This document shows, piece after piece, positions 24,632 to 33,705 of a stretch of 36,705 nucleotides of DNA (positions are counted from its first letter, which is position 1; the number at the start of each line of letters is the position of its first letter). A program made the translations under genes and the position numbers. The notes beneath the pieces were generated by a model. The model was given only the letters and a program-made list of their open reading frames with translations. It did no database searches and was not told the DNA's origin. Origin of the DNA: a virus (taxonomy: Duplodnaviria > Caudoviricetes); the IMG/VR virus record IMGVR_UViG_3300008255_000259, positions 1 to 36,705 of that record; one strand, written 5' to 3'.

Positions 24632-24784
24632 TCAAGCATTTTCCTGATCCTTGTATTTCTGCCTTACCGTTTCGCGGGCCTCTTCGCGCGCGAACATGGC
24701 CTTGATCGCCTTCACGTTATCTTCAAACCCATGCTGGCCCTCGCGCGCGCGGAGCTTCGCTTTTATATCATCAATCCTTGCCAT
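24632..24784 (-). CDS. 50-aa hypothetical protein (MARIDDIKAKLRAREG...)
   Basis: Helical, charged small ORF in operon direction. Confidence 0.55.
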   Translation of the reverse strand: MARIDDIKAKLRAREGQHGFEDNVKAIKAMFAREEARETVRQKYKDQENA

Positions 24785-24930
24785 TTCCATTCTTTCGCTT
24801 GTCCGATGCAATGCTGTCTTTGAAGTAAGAACCCGACCACAAAGGTCCACCGGCGCCAATGCGGGTTTGGGATTACCGAATAGACCCCGGCGATGGTAAA
24901 GCAATCGTGTTCCTTAATTTCCATCGTCAT
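24763..24930 (-). CDS. 55-aa hypothetical protein
   Basis: ATG overlaps the terL stop. Confidence 0.45.
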   Translation of the reverse strand: MTMEIKEHDCFTIAGVYSVIPNPHWRRWTFVVGFLLQRQHCIGQAKEWKWQGLMI

Positions 24931-26279
24931 GTGCCCCTCATCCAGCCACCAGCGCCGCCAGTGCGCGGCTTGGGCTTCCTTGGGACGCTTATAGTCGGTT
25001 CTCGGTATTGAACACAACCACCGCCAAATGCGTCGGCGCTATGGCTGTTTTCGTCATGGTCAGGGCCAAGATCAATTTTTGTCCCTTTCTTGAATTTTGG
25101 TCGATACCAGCCGAGAGCTTTCAGGCCAGAGCGGCACTTGGTTTCATCGAAGCGCATCTTGGGGAACAGTTCGCGCGCGCGCTCAATTCGTGCTTTGGCC
25201 GCTCCCTTGCCCTGATTGGGCACTACGATCACACTGTAGCCAGCTTCACGAAACGCCTTTTCGTAGCTCGTATCAATGACCTTATCCATTGTTGCGCCGT
25301 CATGCGGCAGAATGATTATCGCCCGATCAGGAGTATAGCCTTGTGAGCGCATCCAAGCCAAATGCGCGCCGATGGGTTGTCCCTGGACTTCGTAATGATT
25401 GGTCCATCGTATTTCCAGGCCGATGGACTGTCTTGCCCAAAACACGAAATTGTCAGCCTTCGCGCCGGTCCCACCAATATCAGCGCACAAGGAAACGACA
25501 TGATGAGGGTCTTCGGGAACAAAGCCTATTCGGCCCTCTTCCCGTGCCTTTGTGAGCCAAGGCGCATAATACGCGCCTTCAACTGCTTCAAGAAACGCGC
25601 CTTCCCAAATGTGTTCATACAGATGCGGCAGGTTCTTTTTGTCAGCAATGCGCTTGCGCTCAAGGATTGCAGGAAACCAAGGATTATCGCGCCAGTTCAT
25701 CGCAATGATCTTGGTGTTTTCGTCAGGCTCGATAACGTCTGGGTGAAAGCGTTGATTGGTGGCGCTTTCCTCGTTTTCAGCGTTCCATGTCAGCCACAGT
25801 TCGCTATCCTCTTCGCGCAGCGTCGGTATGAGCTTCACCCATGCCTCTTCAGTGACACCTTCAGCCTCTTCCACCCATGCCAGCAGAATTCGCGATTTTC
25901 CCTTGATGCTGTCAATGTTGCGATCCAAGCCGGAAAAGCTGTAACTTATCCGACCGGAGACAGTGCGAATGTAATTTTCGCCAATGTCGAAATGTTTGGC
26001 CAGCCAAGGGGTTTCGCGGATCGCCGCCTTCACTTCCTCAAGCGAGCTGTCAGCGAGAGAGTTTTGAAACTGGCGAGCGCATAGAATGATACCGGTGCGA
26101 CCAGCCGCGTCCCACATATGCGCCCGAACAGCCGTCATGAGGGCGAAGGTGCGAGATTTTGCCGATCCCCGGCCACCATGAGCGCCGCGCGTATCAGCTT
26201 TGCCCTCAAAGACCGAAACGAGCTTTTCCGGTATCTTTATCTCGACTGCTCTAGTCTTCGTCTTGGGCTGCAACTTCAC
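24927..26279 (-). CDS. terL: Terminase large subunit (PBSX/Terminase_3-like)
   Basis: GGRGSAKS Walker A, WVEEAE Walker B, NWRDNPWFP, LPHDG, HSADAF. Confidence 0.96.
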   Translation of the reverse strand: MKLQPKTKTRAVEIKIPEKLVSVFEGKADTRGAHGGRGSAKSRTFALMTAVRAHMWDAAGRTGIILCARQFQNSLADSSLEEVKAAIRETPWLAKHFDIGENYIRTVSGRISYSFSGLDRNIDSIKGKSRILLAWVEEAEGVTEEAWVKLIPTLREEDSELWLTWNAENEESATNQRFHPDVIEPDENTKIIAMNWRDNPWFPAILERKRIADKKNLPHLYEHIWEGAFLEAVEGAYYAPWLTKAREEGRIGFVPEDPHHVVSLCADIGGTGAKADNFVFWARQSIGLEIRWTNHYEVQGQPIGAHLAWMRSQGYTPDRAIIILPHDGATMDKVIDTSYEKAFREAGYSVIVVPNQGKGAAKARIERARELFPKMRFDETKCRSGLKALGWYRPKFKKGTKIDLGPDHDENSHSADAFGGGCVQYREPTISVPRKPKPRTGGAGGWMRGT

Positions 26280-26970
26280 CAGGCCGAACCCCTCGCAGAA
26301 TGATTTCGTTCACGATAGCGCCGCCATCAGCGCCGGTGTGAATATGGCGCTCCAGGAACATTCCAAGATGACGCGCCACGTTCTCAAGAGCCTTGTCTTG
26401 ATCGCGCATCTTTATCTCAAAGCCGTTCTGCGTAACTTTGACCCCCGCATAGAGCAGTCGAGCGGCAGGGCTTAAATGGCGCGTGTCGAGGCCATAAACG
26501 TCAGCGACGCCCTCACCATCGCAGCGCGGGCAATCAGCGTGGGGATCAAGTGAGCGCCTGAAGCCATAGCCACCTTTGTCGTTCGGTAGCGGCTTGACAC
26601 TCTTTTCCTTGGCTTTGATCAGAGACACCGAAAATTCGTTCTCGTCAGCCCACTGATACTGATGGTCGATGCCGTGACAATGGCGGCAGGCAGTCTTGCG
26701 AAACTGGATAATCTCATTGGGATCAGCGTTGGCAATGTCCCACCATTGTTTAAGAACCTTTTCGGCAGTAATATCGAGTTTCTCGCCGCGCTCCCTCATG
26801 CGTTCAGCCAAATATTCCTGAATGTTAGGTTTCGAGAAGTTTTCAGAAGCAATCTCTTTTGCCGTCTTTTTGCTATACCCGGCACGAATTGCCGCCTGCG
26901 TCCCATTCAGGTCAACAAGGTATTCTTCGCAGAAGCGCTTTTGTTTGGGTGTCAGGCTCATGCGGGTCAT
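26251..26970 (-). CDS. terS: Terminase small subunit with Zn-finger insertion
   Basis: LTPKQKRFCEEYLVDLNGTQAAIRAGYS; CRHC and CPRC; KALE..RHLGMF. Confidence 0.93.
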   Translation of the reverse strand: MTRMSLTPKQKRFCEEYLVDLNGTQAAIRAGYSKKTAKEIASENFSKPNIQEYLAERMRERGEKLDITAEKVLKQWWDIANADPNEIIQFRKTACRHCHGIDHQYQWADENEFSVSLIKAKEKSVKPLPNDKGGYGFRRSLDPHADCPRCDGEGVADVYGLDTRHLSPAARLLYAGVKVTQNGFEIKMRDQDKALENVARHLGMFLERHIHTGADGGAIVNEIILRGVRPGEVAAQDED

Positions 26971-26987
26971 TTAGCACAGTGTTTTTC

Positions 26988-27022
26988 AAAACGAAACGGG
27001 GCAGGTTACTAGCCCACCCCGT
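26988..27022 (-). terminator. Intrinsic terminator directly upstream of terS
   Basis: ACGGGGTGGG-CTAGTAA-CCTGCCCCGT-TTCGTTTT. Confidence 0.75.
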
Positions 27023-27172
27023 CACCGTTGCTGCAATTCATTGGGCTTGAAGCAGCCGTTACCCCTCCCCAAATTCGTTGCCCGTAATCTTGTGCGACCA
27101 CCAAGATCAGGGAACCGCATTGCAGCCATACTTTCCGCAGCGTGGTGAGCGCTCGCGCAGGAGCGAAGGCGG

Positions 27173-27358
27173 CTATTCAATTTTATAGAGCTTGATTTGA
27201 TATGGCTTTGCGATCTTCGAGATAGTCCAATCAGCCCCTTGCCTTCCATCGGCGGTCCAGCTTTCAGGCGGTCTTTGTCCGCTGAACAATTCAACCTTCA
27301 CGCGCTTGCCTTGCGCGGCGACAGGGACGCGGCCCTTGTTCTCCTTCCAATCATCCAT
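27173..27358 (-). CDS. 61-aa hypothetical protein (MDDWKENKGRVPV...)
   Basis: Trp-containing small phage-type ORF. Confidence 0.6.
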   Translation of the reverse strand: MDDWKENKGRVPVAAQGKRVKVELFSGQRPPESWTADGRQGADWTISKIAKPYQIKLYKIE

Positions 27359-27398
27359 CTTGGCAGGCCAAGGCGGAGAGGATTGACCAGCATTCCAT

Positions 27399-27608
27399 TT
27401 ACGATCCTTTAACCGGAAAGCCTGTAAGCCCTCCATGCCACAATGGAGAGCGCCATGAATTATTCCGAAGCTGCCTATTTCGAAAAAGACCATTGCCAGC
27501 ATTGCGCAGAGCGCGAGGAGTGGTTGCGTCTTCAGCGCAGGATGCGTGATTGCTACGAAGCAATGGTGCGGAGAAAACGGTAATCGTTTCGTTCATCGGG
27601 AAATCCAT
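27399..27608 (-). CDS. Hypothetical protein
   Basis: Follows the initiator stop by 3 nt; no motif. Confidence 0.35.
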   Translation of the reverse strand: MDFPMNETITVFSAPLLRSNHASCAEDATTPRALRNAGNGLFRNRQLRNNSWRSPLWHGGLTGFPVKGS

Positions 27609-27611
27609 CTG

Positions 27612-28205
27612 TCATCCATTTCCATCAATACCAAACTTTGAACCTTTGGCAAGAACCTCGCCAATCGCCTTCGCTTCCCCAGCAGAAGCCGCGCGCCCAG
27701 CCTTTTGGGCTGGCGCGGCTGGCTCGCGATCTAAGGGGGTAAGGGGGTTTTCTTTTGACGTTGATGGGTTCGCATTCCGTTCGAACGGATTAGCAACGTC
27801 CGTTGCAACGTCTGTTGAACGTCCGTTGAACGTCCGTTGACGTGCCTCTATTGTTTTCTTTGAGCTTTTTGCCAAATTTCTCGATCTTCCTGAAGCACGA
27901 CCTGCTTTCCGAGAAATTGAAACATTGTGGCGCGCTTGGGCAAGGTCAACTTCCATTCTCTTGTGTGCCCAAGTGATCCCATCGCACACAAAAAATTCTG
28001 CCAGGGTCGGCCTGATTGCCCGCCATTTTTTTAGACTTATCCCCAACAATCTTGAGAAGCGGCGATTATCGTCCCGCAGAGCTGCGCCATTGGTCCAGTA
28101 TTCCATGAGCAGTTTGAGATACGCGCCATGCTCCTCAAGGGACAGGTGCATGGTGTCCACAAGGTAATCGCCCACATAGAGCTTGAGATAGGGAAGTTCA
28201 GCCAT
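27612..28205 (-). CDS. YdaU/DUF1376-family replication initiator
   Basis: LPYLKLYVGDYLVDTMHLSLEEHGAYLKLLMEYW..HKRME; internal iterons. Confidence 0.9.
   Translation of the reverse strand: MAELPYLKLYVGDYLVDTMHLSLEEHGAYLKLLMEYWTNGAALRDDNRRFSRLLGISLKKWRAIRPTLAEFFVCDGITWAHKRMEVDLAQARHNVSISRKAGRASGRSRNLAKSSKKTIEARQRTFNGRSTDVATDVANPFERNANPSTSKENPLTPLDREPAAPAQKAGRAASAGEAKAIGEVLAKGSKFGIDGNG
27795..27839. repeat. Four 11-bp iterons AACGTC(C/T)GTTG, likely replication origin
   Basis: Copies at 27795, 27807, 27818, 27829; adjacent palindrome TCCGTTCGAACGGA. Confidence 0.8.
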
Positions 28206-28367
28206 GACCGGCACAGCTATACAGAAAGCAATCCCGATGTGTCTTGCTATCGAAAAAACGTGTCTCTATATAAACCACAGTTCAACAGTCCTCCTGTTGT
28301 TCGATCCGAAAGGGTCAGGCCGGATTGAGTGCCCTGTCATCCAACTTAGGCGCTCTCCGGCCCATCC

Positions 28368-28808
28368 CTACAGCCTTAAAGTCAATCGGGCAACTTCCCG
28401 CCACCGCGCAACGCTGTCTTGCCAAAAGGAAGCCTCTGGCAATCCTTCAAAGGACCATGCCGCCATAGCCCAGCCGACCAGATCGACACCCCAATACTCT
28501 CTGAAGGCGCTTTCTCCACCAAGGCCATGCACCCCGCCCTGTTTTGCGTCTCCACGGTGATGGACGGCGCAGAGCGGCGCAACAAAGCGATGGTCACGCT
28601 TTCGCTGCTTGCCAGGCGCATGAAGGATATGATGCACTTCAGCCGGAGCGCTACAGATCAAACAGCCGAGGCCCGCCACGTGAGCGATATGGCGAGCCTC
28701 TTGTGTGTTGGCAGGCCGCGCCTGCTTTTCCTTGATCCTGCCATGCTTTACCCGCCCCTCATTCCGGCGCGGCTTTTTGCGCTTGGGCTTGAGGGGCGAG
28801 CGTCGCAT
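28368..28808 (-). CDS. Ref/DUF968-like Zn-binding HNH-type nuclease
   Basis: Basic N-terminus; CLIC..EVHH..PLCAVHH..GVH..F..G. Confidence 0.8.
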   Translation of the reverse strand: MRRSPLKPKRKKPRRNEGRVKHGRIKEKQARPANTQEARHIAHVAGLGCLICSAPAEVHHILHAPGKQRKRDHRFVAPLCAVHHRGDAKQGGVHGLGGESAFREYWGVDLVGWAMAAWSFEGLPEASFWQDSVARWREVARLTLRL

Positions 28809-28836
28809 TATTATTCAAGATTTCCATAAAGGCTGT

Positions 28837-28980
28837 TCAGGTGTTCCGTAAAACGTCCGAGAGGTATCCACTTCGCCTTGCCACATGACCGCCATCAGCG
28901 GCGCGCGTCGGTTTTGCATTTACGCCAGCATCACTATCGTCTTCTACAATTTCGCCGGTTTCAGGGTTATGCAATGTCAT
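28837..28980 (-). CDS. 47-aa hypothetical protein (MTLHNPETGEIVEDD...)
   Basis: Manually translated; NPETGEI resembles the DPETGEI motif common in phage proteins. Confidence 0.5.
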   Translation of the reverse strand: MTLHNPETGEIVEDDSDAGVNAKPTRAADGGHVARRSGYLSDVLRNT

Positions 28981-29506
28981 CCGTCATCCTTTCATGGTGT
29001 TCGATATATTTCCTCATTCGCCGCGCCAACTCGCGCGCCCTTCGCCTGCCTTCAGCCGAATAATGCTCGTCATCTTCAGCGCTTTCGACATAGGGAAGCG
29101 CCAGCGCGAGCATATCGACAGTTAAAATCTCTTGCGCTCTCATTCTGACGATGATCCCATCCTTGCTTTCCGTTGGTCCCCGCTCAACCAAAGGCGGCGG
29201 CATGGCAACGTAATCGCGATGCACAAAAACTTTCTCCTGTTGTCCGTGGCGATTGGGTCGCGTCGTTCCGTTTTCGAGCAGCACATTCTCTTGCGCCAAT
29301 TCCGTTCGCCGCTTGCGCAGGCTGCTTTCAGGCGTTTCTGGATGCTTGATCTTCAGAAAGTCATCAGTGATGCCATGAGCGCGCATGGTGTGCGCAAGCT
29401 GCAAAACCCGGTCCCGCATTGTCATCTTGCGGATCGTCGCGGATTGCGCAGCTCCCACAGAGGTTGCATGATCCAAGCGCCGGTGCATTCCAGTGATGTT
29501 AGACAT
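28967..29506 (-). CDS. Putative winged-HTH DNA-binding protein
   Basis: GITDDFL..SSLRKRRTEL..G..R.NRHG pattern. Confidence 0.6.
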   Translation of the reverse strand: MSNITGMHRRLDHATSVGAAQSATIRKMTMRDRVLQLAHTMRAHGITDDFLKIKHPETPESSLRKRRTELAQENVLLENGTTRPNRHGQQEKVFVHRDYVAMPPPLVERGPTESKDGIIVRMRAQEILTVDMLALALPYVESAEDDEHYSAEGRRRARELARRMRKYIEHHERMTDDIA

Positions 29507-29696
29507 TTTCGTTCCTCAATTCCGTCATATCGTGCCCAGCAACCGCGCCGAGCAAAAGAATGATTTCACGGTGATATGCCGGAACGCCTTTTCGTCGCCA
29601 ATTGCGGAAAGTTTGGCGCGTGATGCCAAGCCTTTGTTTTACAATGTCATATCCGACACGATCCAGCGCCGCAGCGTGCTTATGAAGTTCATCCAT
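29499..29696 (-). CDS. Cro-like HTH regulator
   Basis: VKQRLGITRQTFRNWRRKGVP; first gene after the leftward promoter. Confidence 0.8.
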   Translation of the reverse strand: MDELHKHAAALDRVGYDIVKQRLGITRQTFRNWRRKGVPAYHREIILLLGAVAGHDMTELRNENV

Positions 29697-29702
29697 TTGC
29701 GC

Positions 29703-29764
29703 TTGATACAAAGCAAAAATATTTTGCGCAAGCGCCTTGCGAAAACTTTCTGCGTCGTTATACC
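29703..29764. promoter_or_regulatory. Divergent promoters with two 15-bp operator-like palindromes
   Basis: Left TTGCGC-N17-TATCAA; right TTGCGA-N16-TATACC; GCAAAAATATTTTGC (29713-29727) and GCGAAAACTTTCTGC (29739-29753). Confidence 0.7.
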
Positions 29765-29821
29765 CAGCAGGACCAGCGAACAATTCGCTACATCAAAACG
29801 GCAGTTAGGGATGACACAGCC

Positions 29822-30175
29822 ATGAAATTATATCTCGCCAGCGGCACCTATTACGAGAAGCAAATTCACGAGAAGGGCCGCGACAGCGCTTTTTGCACAA
29901 TTGAATTCCCCTTTTCGGCAACGCCCAAATCTGAATTTGTGAATTGGCTCAATAAGCAAGGCCATCAAGATCAGGGCGAGCCGAGCGAAGAGCTTCCTGT
30001 TGATCTTTACATTCGCAAAAACGCAGAGCGCCTTGCTTCACAGCCACCCAAAGGGCCAAGTAACAAGGCTGCGCAGACAGTGGCTTTCGAGGACGGTTTT
30101 CAAGATATGCCGCTTGCTACCAAGCTGCACTATGCAGCCTTGGCGCTTGAAGAAGCGCGGGAGAGACTGCCATGA
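29822..30175 (+). CDS. Early hypothetical protein
   Basis: First gene after the rightward promoter; coupled to the next gene. Confidence 0.7.
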   Translation: MKLYLASGTYYEKQIHEKGRDSAFCTIEFPFSATPKSEFVNWLNKQGHQDQGEPSEELPVDLYIRKNAERLASQPPKGPSNKAAQTVAFEDGFQDMPLATKLHYAALALEEARERLP

Positions 30176-30636
30176 GCTTTGTCATTATCCCCGTTCCGAC
30201 ACCACAAGAGATTGACCGGGCAGATGTGGAATTTCGCCGCGAGGCGGCAGAGCGCAACAAGCAAATGCTAGAGCTTATGGCGAAGCTGGACGCGGACGCC
30301 AAAAAAACCAAAGCAATCATGGCGCGAGCTATCCGCATCACAGACAGGCTCTTGCCCGCCCTTCCGTCTGCAAATGGCTTTTACGATCCCGAAGGCTTTA
30401 TTTCTGGATCGCGGCGCAGAGGGTTGCGCGAGTATTTGCGCTGGATTGTCTATGCAATGCTGCGCTCCAAGATCGAGCGCGGCGCGCCATTTATTGAAAT
30501 GCCGCGCGACGCATCGAGCTTGCGCGATACCGCAATTCATCGCGCTTCGCGAGCCTTGGCGGAAAACCATTTGCAGGCATGGATTGATGCTTGCGCCATG
30601 ATCAAACAGGAAAGGAACGGCAATGTTGGAAATTGA
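30172..30636 (+). CDS. Early hypothetical protein
   Basis: ATGA overlap; helical. Confidence 0.65.
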   Translation: MSFVIIPVPTPQEIDRADVEFRREAAERNKQMLELMAKLDADAKKTKAIMARAIRITDRLLPALPSANGFYDPEGFISGSRRRGLREYLRWIVYAMLRSKIERGAPFIEMPRDASSLRDTAIHRASRALAENHLQAWIDACAMIKQERNGNVGN

Positions 30637-30901
30637 GGAAATATATGACGCGCGCTCTTTGTATTTTTGCACTATTGAGCGCGAAAAAAAGGCGTCCAAA
30701 AAGCTGGCAGATTACAGACTGGACCAGCAGATTGCAGAAAGAAATGGTGACACCGCCGCCGCCGAAGAAGCCAATGCGCATCACAAGGAGTTTGTAAATA
30801 CTGAATGGTATCCAGCTTATCGCAGCAAGAAAGAGGCGGCGAGGGCTTTGTGTGCGGCGCTTGGCTTGGACGCTGACCAATTGAGGAATGATTTGCTTTG
30901 A
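30623..30901 (+). CDS. Early hypothetical protein
   Basis: AAGGA RBS; helical. Confidence 0.7.
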   Translation: MLEIEEIYDARSLYFCTIEREKKASKKLADYRLDQQIAERNGDTAAAEEANAHHKEFVNTEWYPAYRSKKEAARALCAALGLDADQLRNDLL

Positions 30902-31476
30902 CCGAGATAGCTGCCACCAAAGCCATGCCCAGCCTTTATGACGGGTTTGCCAAGGCGCATGAAGACGAGCCGATTTTTACATTGCTTGGCCGCGATCCTT
31001 TGGCAGAGCCTCTTGTGATGGATTGGGCGGACCGCGCACGCCGCGCAGCGCGATTGATCGAGGACGACAAGGAGCGTGTTGCAGAGCTGCACAAGGCCAG
31101 GGAGGCCGAAGAGGTTGCATTTGCCATGCGCGCCTATCGGCTGAAGGAGCCTGAAAGCCTGGATGCCGCGCGCGCCAGCTACAACGGCACCGCCAAGGCC
31201 GAAGGCTGGCGCGAGCAGCTTGCCATAGGTGTCCAGAAATTGCGCAATGCCGCTTCAGCGATTGCGGAAGCGCAGGAAATCTTTGATGCTTTGGAATTGC
31301 TCGACAATGACGACCATGTGATGCTTGATCAAGCCAAGAGCATTGCCGCGCAGATTGCAAAACAGCGTAGCCCGCGCCGCGCTTCATGGGCGCAGAAGCC
31401 GACATTGGCGCAGGTCAAGGAAGAGCTTGATCGAGCTGGCGCGCGCGGCGACCACATGAAGGAAGGTATTACATGA
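30898..31476 (+). CDS. Hypothetical phage protein (DEPIFTLLGRD motif)
   Basis: Recurrent phage motif; GAGG RBS with TTG start. Confidence 0.7.
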   Translation: MTEIAATKAMPSLYDGFAKAHEDEPIFTLLGRDPLAEPLVMDWADRARRAARLIEDDKERVAELHKAREAEEVAFAMRAYRLKEPESLDAARASYNGTAKAEGWREQLAIGVQKLRNAASAIAEAQEIFDALELLDNDDHVMLDQAKSIAAQIAKQRSPRRASWAQKPTLAQVKEELDRAGARGDHMKEGIT

Positions 31477-32879
31477 TTGGACCAAGCAAGGAAGGCGATC
31501 AATTCGGCTATGTCGGCCAACTCATAGATGAAGATTGGGCGCCTGAAGAGAAGACCGCCGATCCAATCCAGCCGCCGCGACACGAAGGACAGCCAGCGTT
31601 TCCCTCACCAGGTATTTATTTTGCGATGCCGGAGGAAAAATATCATGCAATCCCAGCCGCCAGCACGTCCCACCTGAAGGAATTGGCAGTATCGTCAATG
31701 AACGCATGGGCGAGCAGTTGGTTGAACCTTGATCGCATCGAGCGCGAAGAAAAATTTTTCAACTACGGGAAGGCAATCCATTCGTTCATTCTTGACGGCG
31801 AACAGGCATATCTTGACCGCTATGCGATTGACCTTGACCAAGCAGAATATGGCGACGCCTTGGTTCACACCAATCAGATTAGAGACGCGATTGGAAAATT
31901 TACTACGACGAAGCCCGTCACACCCAAAGGAACCAAGCAGGAGCTAATTGACCAGCTTGCAGAGCTTGGCCAACTACACGGATCAGAAGTCAATCTTGAC
32001 GCATCGGTTCCTGCGCTGAAGACGCAAATCAGACAATTTGACGAAGAAACGCCAGAAACGCCGATCCGCAAGATTTATGAAGAAGACGAAGACGGAAACC
32101 AAATCGCGCGCCCAGCATCAAAACCAGATTGGATTGCGCAGCTTTTAACTCTCAACCCGAAAGCGAAGGTTTGGGACAAGATCGTTGCAGACTATCGCGC
32201 CCAGCATCTTGGGAAAGAATTTCTGGATGCACAAAGCGATAGGCGAATTCGCATTGCAGCCAAAATGATTATGGCGCATCCAGAAATAGGGCCATTGTTC
32301 CACAAGGGCTTTCCTGAAGTCTCAATATTCTGGTATTGCAAAAAAACCGGAGCGCCGATGAAGGCGCGCATTGATTGGCTTCGATTGAATGCGATCATTG
32401 ATCTAAAGTCTTTTTCAAACAAGAATGGCAAGCCGGTCGATAGTGCAATCGTCACGGCCATTGCCTCTTTCCGCTACAATATGCAGCACGTGATTTATGA
32501 TGAAGCCGCCCAGGCCGCGCGAGAACTGATCCGCGAGCATGGCCCTAAAGTGGTTCAGCATTGTGATGATGCTGTTGATATAGAGCTTATCGCGAAGCGT
32601 GATGAATGGTGCAAGAAATGGGCGGAGCAAAAAGATGCGCCCGCGTTCATTTTTGTGTTTCAGCAAACGGGTGTTGCGCCGGTGACAAGGGGGAAGAAAA
32701 TGCCGCGCGTGAACATGGGCGTTTTTGGCGCGACGCAAGCAATGGTGACTGCGCTCAAGCGAACATGGATAAAGGCGGCGACCCAATACGGCACAGACCC
32801 TTGGCTTGATCTAGCGCCGATTGAAGAAATTGATGATGAAACAATACCGCTTTGGGCAACAGATTTAGGAAATGGATGA
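31473..32879 (+). CDS. RecE/exonuclease VIII-like PD-(D/E)XK nuclease with helical insertion
   Basis: PGIYF..YHA..STS.LK, GKAIH, EVSIFW..KARIDW..IIDLKS, Y.MQ..Y. Confidence 0.88.
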   Translation: MIGPSKEGDQFGYVGQLIDEDWAPEEKTADPIQPPRHEGQPAFPSPGIYFAMPEEKYHAIPAASTSHLKELAVSSMNAWASSWLNLDRIEREEKFFNYGKAIHSFILDGEQAYLDRYAIDLDQAEYGDALVHTNQIRDAIGKFTTTKPVTPKGTKQELIDQLAELGQLHGSEVNLDASVPALKTQIRQFDEETPETPIRKIYEEDEDGNQIARPASKPDWIAQLLTLNPKAKVWDKIVADYRAQHLGKEFLDAQSDRRIRIAAKMIMAHPEIGPLFHKGFPEVSIFWYCKKTGAPMKARIDWLRLNAIIDLKSFSNKNGKPVDSAIVTAIASFRYNMQHVIYDEAAQAARELIREHGPKVVQHCDDAVDIELIAKRDEWCKKWAEQKDAPAFIFVFQQTGVAPVTRGKKMPRVNMGVFGATQAMVTALKRTWIKAATQYGTDPWLDLAPIEEIDDETIPLWATDLGNG

Positions 32880-33664
32880 TGAGCGATAGCAGCAAGGAAA
32901 TTGCGACGCAGCAAAATCGTCAGATCGAGCGCGCAGATGGCCTGTCCGGTTTTGCCAGTGTGTTCGCGATGGCTCTTGAGGCCGCGCGCGATCCAGACAT
33001 TGACGCCGATAAAATGAAATTGCTTGTCGATATGGCGACCGCCCAGCAAGACCGCGAGGCTGAGCGCCGCTTTCGCATTGCCAAGCAGCGTGCATTGCTG
33101 GAAATGCCGTCAATTTCCAAGCGCGGCGCGATCATCAACCACAAAACGAATGCCGTGCAATCGCGATATTCAAAATTTGAGGACATTCATCGAGAAGTGA
33201 AGCCGATCCTTGAGGCGCACAAGCTATCCATTTCGTTCAATGTCGGCCACGAAGGGCAGCTTGTTACAGTGCAGCCGATCCTTGCCTATGCCGATGACGA
33301 AGTTGCCTATGAAGAGCGCGGCGGTGAAATGGTTCTTGCTGTTGACACGACCGGCTCGAAAAACGCCACCCAAGGCGCAGGATCAGCAGCGAGCTATGGC
33401 AAGCGCCACACCATGAAAGCGATGCTCAATATCGTTGAACACGCCGAGGATGATGATGGAAACGGCACAGCCACCGCACTCGCGCCAGCGCAAAGCGAAT
33501 TGATTGACGCTGCGCGCGCAGCGGCGACCGAGGGAACAGCCGCTTACGAAGAGTTTTTCAGCAAGCTCACCAAAGAGGACAAGGGCTTTTTGACCTATGC
33601 CCGCGCCGAAACCGGCGACACTTATCACGAACAAAACAAAGCAGCAGCTCTGCTTTATGATTGA
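32876..33664 (+). CDS. erf: ERF-family ssDNA annealing protein
   Basis: YSKFEDI..VKPIL, QGAGSAASYGKRH, EDDDG. Confidence 0.88.
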   Translation: MMSDSSKEIATQQNRQIERADGLSGFASVFAMALEAARDPDIDADKMKLLVDMATAQQDREAERRFRIAKQRALLEMPSISKRGAIINHKTNAVQSRYSKFEDIHREVKPILEAHKLSISFNVGHEGQLVTVQPILAYADDEVAYEERGGEMVLAVDTTGSKNATQGAGSAASYGKRHTMKAMLNIVEHAEDDDGNGTATALAPAQSELIDAARAAATEGTAAYEEFFSKLTKEDKGFLTYARAETGDTYHEQNKAAALLYD

Positions 33665-33705
33665 TCCGACGCGGCGGAACCGCGAACACAACGAAAGGTA
33701 AGAAT

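Noticed and set aside
27030-27170. tRNA gene
   Set aside because: Hairpins are present but there is no cloverleaf, T-loop consensus or CCA end.
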